Below are positions 55,601 through 64,000 of a stretch of 64,000 nt of DNA, piece after piece. This DNA comes from Octopus vulgaris (Eukaryota). Position numbers and translations under genes: made by a program. The notes under the pieces were generated by a model that did no database searches, had not been told where the DNA came from, and saw nothing but the letters and a program-made list of their open reading frames with translations. The stretch spans positions 206,460,001 to 206,524,000 of the forward strand of contig OX597815.1 in assembly GCA_951406725.2 (NCBI GenBank), read 5' to 3'. Positions within the stretch are counted from its first letter, which is position 1. The number at the start of each line of letters is the position of its first letter.

Positions 55601-56253
55601 TTAAACAATCTCTGTCAGCTCGTACGTTATTGAGTGATTTTAAGACTAGTTGTAACTTGAACTAATTATTCTCTGCTTGTAAAAATATATAAATTAAGTC
55701 GACATTCCTTATATCAAGTACGCTTCGCTTTTCCATATAAATCTTTCTTGATCGAAATATTCATGTGTATGTACATAGGTAGAAGTCGAAATTAAGACAA
55801 AACAAATCAAAAACAAAAAAAAAAACTAACAGTCACTACAAAAAAATCAACACGTGACTGCCGAGGCACAAAACTAGCGCTCAATGAGCCTTTGGTCGAA
55901 AGTCAAATGAATTCAATTAGTATGAAAAGAAACAACACAAACACCAAATATATTCAGTCAAATTCTTGGTTAAAGAGATTGTAAAGGTCAAGAAACATAG
56001 AATATGAATCTAGGAACGCTGCTGTTTCAGACCAACTACCTGAGAAATGCTAGTGTGAAAATATGAAATATATAACATAAACAAGATAAAACATGAACAT
56101 CGTGGTGTATTTAATGAAGCATGCATTAAAGAAAAGCCGTTCAGTAGATATATCAATGTGTGTATGCGTCTATGTACGTATATATATATACATACACACA
56201 TACACACGCACACACACACACAGACACACAGACACACACGCGCGCACACACGC

Positions 56254-56297
<44 letters not shown>

Positions 56298-57900
56298 TTA
56301 TAAATAAGGATAATACCGATATTTAAATATCGATATTATCAAGTGGCCGGCATGGGAATAAATACCATACATAGGTAATAATTTTTCACAACTATAAATA
56401 AGGGTGTCTGAGAGACACCACCATGCCGAAATAGCAGTAAAACCCTGACTCTAAAAACCCACCTAAAATGTTCATATCGCACCACGAGATAAGACAGAGA
56501 GACAAAATAAACTAGCAAAACTAGCGATATGAACATTTATAAATAAATATATATATATATATATATATTTATCAATATAAGGGTACCAAAAAATTCAAGA
56601 AAAATTTTCCGCCACCAGCGGTCTAGTGAGAAAGAAAAAATAGTCACAGACTATATAGTATACATTCAACAATATTGTTATATATATACCTCGAATCCGT
56701 GCGTATCCCGTCAGGTCGACGATGGGAAGGACGGCTTCCCTTTGCAAATACTGATAGGCCACAGTGATAGGGCACAGAAAGTGTGTCAGTAGCCTACTGG
56801 AGATGTTCTCCTGGGGCTACAAGCTGCAGTAGCATCCACCCTTAGTGGTTAGCCACATTTAAGTCGAAAATATACTTCACGTATATATATATACACATTT
56901 TACATCAATTATGCATTGATATAAACCGTCTAATAAAGGCCCGAAACATATGTACCGCTAAATCCTTTGCATCATGTTTTTATTTTTATATATATATACA
57001 TACATATACAAGTATGATACACAAGTGAATGCACTCATATAAATATTCTTATGATTATATAAAAAGTGAAAAAACCCACCCCACTTGCACGAAATGCAAA
57101 ATTTTTATAGATGTTGGAGAATCAGAATGAGCTGTTATTCAATACATTTCATCTCCCATTTGTCACTCCTTTGGAATATATTTAGGGTGAATTGGCAGAT
57201 TATTTCGAAATATCCTTTGAGGAATTAATTACCCATTAAATACATATGTACTCATCACGTGCATATGTTTGTATATGCTTGCGAGTGCATGTGCGTTAAT
57301 ATATGTTTGGATATAGCTGTGGTCGACTGATAGCATAAACATACCTCATATAGGCCTATGATTTAACTAAACATAAACGAATCCGATATTTATGCTGATT
57401 CTGCGTTCTTCAGACATCAGAAGTTTCTGTTAGTGTTGTTACTCTCACTCGGGGGTCAGCAAGCTCTTTTGGAGGCAGGCGGGATCGGAAACATTTTTAT
57501 GTCTAGCGTATAAATGATCTTAAAATGGCTGCGGAAACATTTTTTAATGTTTTAAACGTCACCTGTTCGCAGGAAAGTATTACGACATATTTAATGGCGT
57601 AAAATCGGTAGGTGTCACGTGTGACTCAGTATGCAGTAAAACGTTACAATATTTATTGTTAGGAGGAACCAAACTTACAAATGGAACATGATTCCATGAA
57701 GACTTTGAGTCAGCATTGCTAACTAACTTGGTAACCCATGCATCCGGTTGACTCTTCCACAGAAGTAGTGGATTGTATATCTTCTGTTCCAGGGAAACCC
57801 AAGTGAGAAAAACCTTTTGATAGGGAGCGAACACCATCCACAGTTGTATAGATCAGTCCTGGCTAGGATTACCATCATCTCATCTGAACCTTGGAACTGG

Positions 57901-58119
57901 TTACTCTTTTTTTTTACTCTTTTTACTTGTTTCAGTCATTTGACTGTGGCCATGCTGGAGCACCGCCTTTAGTCGAGCAAATCGACCCCAGGACTTATTC
58001 TTTGTAAGCCTAGTACTTATTCTATCGATCTCTTTTGCTGAACCGCTAAGTTACGGAGGACGTAAACACACCAGCATCGGCTGTCAAGCGATGCTGGGGG
58101 AGAGACAAACACAGACACA

Positions 58120-58174
<55 letters not shown>

Positions 58175-58715
58175 CTCTCTATATATAAACGGCAGTTTGT
58201 CTGTGCGTGTTTCTGTGTGTCTGTTTGCTTGTACCCTCACCCTGACCACGGCTTTCAACCGATTCTGATGAAACTTGACACACACATAGCCCAATGTCAT
58301 AATTCAAAACTAACGCAGCGAAAATTTTGAAAAGTTCCCCCAGTTCTGAAAAAAATCGATAAATTCGACATGGGGTCGAGAATTAGAAACACGAACCACA
58401 AACTGTCTAGGGGACGCAACTCCACCATTTTTAAATCTCAAAAAAAAAAATTGACCATCATTTTTTTCCATTTTTTTGCTATTTTTTGGCTATAACTCTC
58501 TAAAAATGCTTTATAGTTATTTCCCTTACAAACCTGAGCAACGCCGGGCGATACTGCTAGTCATATATATATATATATATATATATATACTTATGTACGA
58601 CGGGCTTCTTTCAGTTTCCGTCTACCAAATCCACTCACAAAGCTTTGGTCGGCTCGAGGCCATAGTAGAAGACACTTGCCCAAGGTGCCACGCAGTGGGA
58701 CTGAACCCGGAACCA
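57901..58715 (-). mobile_element. Family-A SINE (5'-truncated) split by a Helitron
   Basis: The two SINE halves flank 58174-58560. Confidence 0.9.
58174..58560 (+). mobile_element. Non-autonomous Helitron (H3: third body, H1-type 3' end)
   Basis: A|TC start; ctctaaaaatgctttatagttatttcccttacaaacctgagcaacgccgggcgatactgCTAG|T end. Confidence 0.87.
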
Positions 58716-58883
58716 TAGAAACGACAAATTGTACCATTCAGACTGAACTTGGCAGTCTAAAAATTCACATTGAGCATCATGACATTATGCTTTGTGACCA
58801 TGTAGTATTTGTTCCTGATTGAGGCATATGATTTACTTTGTTCAAGTTTCAACTTTATCATTGACATAAACTTTATATTAAAA

Positions 58884-59265
58884 CAGAAACGTTAGCACTC
58901 CGAGCGAAATGTTTAGCGGTATTTCGTCTGCTGCTACGTTCTGAGTTCAAATTCCGCCGAGGTCGACTTAGCCTTTCATCCTTTCGGGGTCGATAAATTA
59001 AGTACCAGTTACGCACTGGAGTCAATGTAATCGACGTAATCCGTTTGTCCTCCCTGTGTTTAGCTCCCTGTGTGTAGTAAAGAAATAGGTATTTCGTCTG
59101 TCGCTACGTTCTGAGTTCAAATTCCGCCGAGGTCGACTTAGCCTTTCATCCTTTCAGGGTCGATAAATTAAGTACCAGTTACGCACTGGGGTTGATGTAA
59201 TCGACTTAATCCCTTTGTTTGTCCCCTCTATGTTTAGCTCATTGTGGGCAATACAGAAATAAGAA
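58884..59265 (+). mobile_element. Family-B SINE, tandem dimer
   Basis: Core present twice, junction agaaata-ggtatttc. Confidence 0.87.
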
Positions 59266-59679
59266 ATTTACAACGGCCAAATAATCAATTTTTAAACGTT
59301 TAAATAATCAGCTTTTCATGTCATCCATAACTTTCGAGACAAAAGTGCGTTCTTACTCTTTACCTAGGAGCTACGAAGTCATAATTTAACTATATCTGTA
59401 CCAATTGAATTATAGTACTCATCAGAATCGAAATATGAAAAATCAAACAAAAACATAAAAAGAAAAACAAAACAAAAATACAATAAAATATCCCCATCGA
59501 AATAACAAAAACAAACACAAAAAGCTATATGATTACTATTATAAGTGCAAAGGACAACATTTAGAAAATGTTTTGGACATGCCAAATTCTGAAATGCTTT
59601 ACACCAGCATAAAATATCAGTCAAATTTCCTTCAAATTACATGGTACCACCTTAAGAATATATTAAGTAATGTTGTTTC

Positions 59680-59910
59680 TGATTTCTTTACTACCCACAA
59701 GGGGCTACACACAGAGGGGACAAACACGGACAGACAAAGGGATTAAATCGATTATATCGACCCCAGTGCTTAACTGGTACTTATTTAATCGACCCCGAAA
59801 GAATGAAAGGCAAAGTCGACCTCGGCGGAATTTGAACTCAAAACGTAGCGGCAGACGAAATACGGCTGCGCATTTCGCCCGGCGTGCTAACGTTTCTGCC
59901 AGCTCACCGT
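59680..59910 (-). mobile_element. Family-B SINE, full-length monomer
   Basis: Head to aaagaaa tail. Confidence 0.88.
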
Positions 59911-60009
59911 CGTAATGTTGTTTCTGAAGTACAAAAAGATAAGAGGACCACTGTTACTATGCACTTGGTTACTGATCTTCTTGGTCAGGACTAAATAACA
60001 CAAGACAGG

Positions 60010-60259
60010 AGCCAAGGTTCTTCCCAAGTCATATAGACTCATAAGGGCCGATTTCCTAGTTTCAGTGGCGTAGAAATTCCCTACCGGGACTGGACGCCGA
60101 TCCGTCGCAGGATTACTCATTTTTGTTTACTGAGTGAACTGGAACAACGTGAAATGAAGAGTTTTGCTCAAGAACACAACGCATCGCTCGGTTCAGGAAT
60201 CGAAACTACAATCTTACGATCATGAACCCAAAATCCTAACCACCAAACCACGCGCCTCT
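60010..60259 (-). mobile_element. Family-C SINE
   Basis: Reverse complement of the 14064-type unit. Confidence 0.82.
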
Positions 60260-60299
60260 ACTGCACAAGACATTCAGTTATTCAGTGAATGTCTAGACA

Positions 60300-60710
60300 G
60301 GCAGTGGCTGTGTGGTAAGTAGCTTGCTAACCAACCACATGGTTCCGGGTTCAGTCCCACTGCGTGGCATCTTGGGCAAGTGTCTTCTGCTATAGCCCCG
60401 GGCCGACCAATGCCTTGTGAGTGGATTTGGTAGACGGAAACTGAAAGAAGCCTGTCGTATATATGTATATATATATATGTGTGTGTGGGTTTGTGTGTCT
60501 GTCTTTGTCCCCCTAGCATTGCTTGACAACCGATGCTGGTGTGTTTACGTCTCCGTCACTTAGCGGTTCGGCAAAAGAGACCGATAGAATAAGTACTGGG
60601 CTTACAAAGAATAAGTCCCGGGGTCGATTTGCTCGACTAAAGGCGGTTCTCCAGCATGGCCGCAGTCAAATGATTGAAACAAGTAAAAGATTAAAAGAGT
60701 AAAAGAGTAT
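60300..60710 (+). mobile_element. Family-A SINE
   Basis: Matches family A. Confidence 0.93.
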
Positions 60711-61569
60711 AGGCATTAAAAAGCTAACGTTCACGACCCCACCCCTCAAAATCTACCTTTTATCCAATGCTGAAGATCTCATAAGTGGTTGAAAAGCAGA
60801 ATGGTCAATATATTGTGAATGAGTTTTGTAGCTCTGTATATCGTCATATAACCTATTTTACATCTGTAGCTATGTAATTGTCACTATCTGTCTCCTCTGT
60901 CAGTTCTTTCTTCAAACTCCTCACATTCTTCATCCAATTTCATTTCGTATTCTATTATATTCGTGGTATTATTTGCAGTCCTCGTTTCTATAATTTCTTT
61001 TTGTCTTCATCTTCTAGCTGCGCATCTCTTTTTCTCATTTGCAGCTACATCGTTTCCCCTAACTCTTTGTCACCCTCTCTTCTACCATGCTTGTCCTAAT
61101 TCATTCTCGCATCCTCTCCCCACATGTTCGTACTTTTGTATCCTCGCGCCCAGAAGTTTGTTAAGCGGTAAGAAACTGGAGCTTAGGTCATTCTGACACA
61201 ACCATACAACCGAGCGAAATCTTCATAAAAGAAGCCAGCTTTCAATAATAAGGTACGCATGCGTATATATGAGAACTCTGCGTCTGTGTGAATAGCCAGA
61301 TCATTTCTTAACGCGCCCTTACAAGGAGACGACAGACACACAACGGCATTATTGTCTACTTAATACCACACTGCATGAATGGAGTGTGACTTAAGCTGTA
61401 AGATCTGAAAGATAAATTATGCTAAAGAATACATATTGCAAAAAAATGTTTTACGAGGTTTAAATCATTTTTGTTCAAACTAAACCACAATACAAACATT
61501 AATTTACGTTTTCTTTTCTTTATAACTTTGTTTTATATACATACATACAAACATACACACACACACACA

Positions 61570-61642
<73 letters not shown>

Positions 61643-61696
61643 CGACAATTTAGGGTTGGCATTAGTAAACATCTTGTTCGATCCAGTGGATATATG

Positions 61697-61769
<73 letters not shown>

Positions 61770-61780
<11 letters not shown>

Positions 61781-61971
61781 CGCGCGTGTGAGTGTGTGTA
61801 TATATATATGTATGAACTGGAAATATATTATATATATGTGTGTGTATATATATGTATAAACTGGATATATATATATACATACACGCACGCGTGTGAGTGT
61901 GTGTGTATATATATATATGTATGAACCGGACATATATTATATATATGTGTGTGTATATATATATATGAACT

Positions 61972-62014
<43 letters not shown>

Positions 62015-62106
62015 AACGCGCGCGCGTGTGATTGTGTGTGTGTGTATATATATGTATGAATCGGATATTTATTATATGTGTGTGTGTGTGTATATGTATG
62101 AACTGA

Positions 62107-62138
<32 letters not shown>

Positions 62139-62150
62139 ATATGAACTATA
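61770..62150. repeat. Microsatellite-derived minisatellite, ~110-130 bp unit, about 3 copies
   Basis: (cg)n gtgtgagtgtgtg..tatgaactgga..attatatatatgtgtg..aactggata recurs. Confidence 0.85.
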
Positions 62151-62487
62151 AATATATATATGTATATATTTGTATGTATGTATGTATGTATGTATGTATG
62201 TATGTATGTATGTATGTATGTATGTATGTATCTATCCATCTATGTATTATGTGTGAATATGCATGTATATGTTATGTATGTATGTATGTATGTATGTATG
62301 TATGTATGTATATATATGACCAGTCATCTTGCAATGCTTGTCCCTGAAACTCAGTATGGCGGCTGAGAGAGTGCCAGAAGTGTTGTACAAGGCTTCCATC
62401 AGTTAAATCCAATGACGTACAGATGTCTCACCATCATTAATGCGAAACAGCTATCATCTAACAAGATGAGGCAATCATAGATGTATA

Positions 62488-62586
<99 letters not shown>

Positions 62587-63314
62587 GTGTGTGCGTGTGT
62601 GTGCACATGTATACATACAAACACAGACTCACAAACGTATTTGTATATATGGTAACCACACATGTAAATGTGTATGTATGTACTTCTAAAAGCGTGCGTG
62701 CGTGTGTGTTTGTGTGTGTATGAGTGCGCGTGTGTGCCAGATATAATATAACGGATAACATAAACGAGCAATCTAGAAAGCAATGTGAGAGAATTGAACA
62801 CACATTGTTCATTTTTTTAGAGCGTAAATGAGGCAAAGTCTAAAGTTTCTCTGAGACCCTTGTCTGTATCGTTCAAAAGTTTGCTGATTGTAACGGAATT
62901 TTCATCGACATACGGATGCACGTATGTATGTATGCATGTATGTATGCATGTATGTATGTATGTATGTTCGTATGTATGTATGTATGTATCTATGTATGTA
63001 TGTATGTATGTATATATGTAGGTATGTATGTCTCTTATTTTTTAGTTATCATAAATCAACCTCTGAGGAGGGGAGCCGGTTTCCAACAAAGGTACAAGGC
63101 TCTATCTTTGGGATGTAGTTAACACAGAGAAATTCACATTTGGAACTTGAGAAAAGTCTTGCATATTTTTACTGTTCCACTCAGATTGCTCTTGCAATGT
63201 ACGAATTAGCCGGTCCATTCCTTTCTGAAAATCCCGTGTATGTATGTATGTATGTATGTATGTATGTATGTATGTATGTATGTATGTATGTATGTATGTA
63301 TGTATGTATGTATG

Positions 63315-63374
<60 letters not shown>

Positions 63375-63387
63375 CTATCTATCTATC

Positions 63388-63498
<111 letters not shown>

Positions 63499-63733
63499 GA
63501 TATGTATGTAATCTATATCTATGCATAATACCTATATATATACAGACATTTATACACACACATATATGTAAGTATATATATATATGTGTGTGTGTGCGCG
63601 TTTGTGTGTGTGTATATATATATGTATGTATGTATATAATCTACGTATATATAGACTTTCTTTGTAAAATCCCATTCTTTCGGCAGCCGCATTACCGTGT
63701 CATAGAGTATGATTTCTTTTACATATGTACAAA

Positions 63734-64000
63734 TCTTTATATATAAAAGTGAGGTTGTGTGCTGTCTGTCTCCTACGATTTAGATTCCTAACTACTCCCA
63801 CATTTTGCGGTGCAGTTTAACCAAAACCAGGTATCTTATAGTCGTGATTCATATCGAGCCCTTTTGGGTATTAGCGCGCGTCTACGATGAGTCTACGGTT
63901 TAAAAAAAATTACCATCAATTTTTCCCATTTTTAATGCATTTTTGGCATATATAAGGGAAGTAACTCTCTAAAAATTTATTATTAAATCTCAGAACGTAA
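63734..64000 (+). mobile_element. Non-autonomous Helitron H1 (runs off the window)
   Basis: Near-identical to 5132-5400. Confidence 0.88.

Overview
AT-rich, microsatellite-saturated animal genomic DNA. The SINE families and (TA)n/(TACA)n/(CA)n style point to a coleoid cephalopod, probably Octopus (inference, not database-checked). Most of the window is intronic or intergenic repeat: four tRNA-headed SINE families (over 25 copies), one internally deleted Helitron plus five non-autonomous Helitrons, a full-length dead Tc1 element, CR1- and RTE-type LINE fragments, a Penelope-like GIY-YIG fragment and MITEs. Almost all ORFs in the supplied track are microsatellite artefacts. The only credible host-gene signal is a minus-strand first coding exon encoding a signal peptide (42078-41991) with a TATA/Inr-like promoter near 42637-42668. 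Less ordinary observations: (i) two ~320-330 bp terminally redundant units, each carrying an unusual tRNA-like Pol III cassette; (ii) a scattered set of minimal or decayed hammerhead-ribozyme-like motifs in (TA)n-flanked fragments; (iii) several near-perfect long fold-back palindromes abutting (TA)n tracts; (iv) SINE dimers with an identical palindromic junction; (v) a ~240 bp GC-rich segment duplicated in inverted orientation 45 kb apart.
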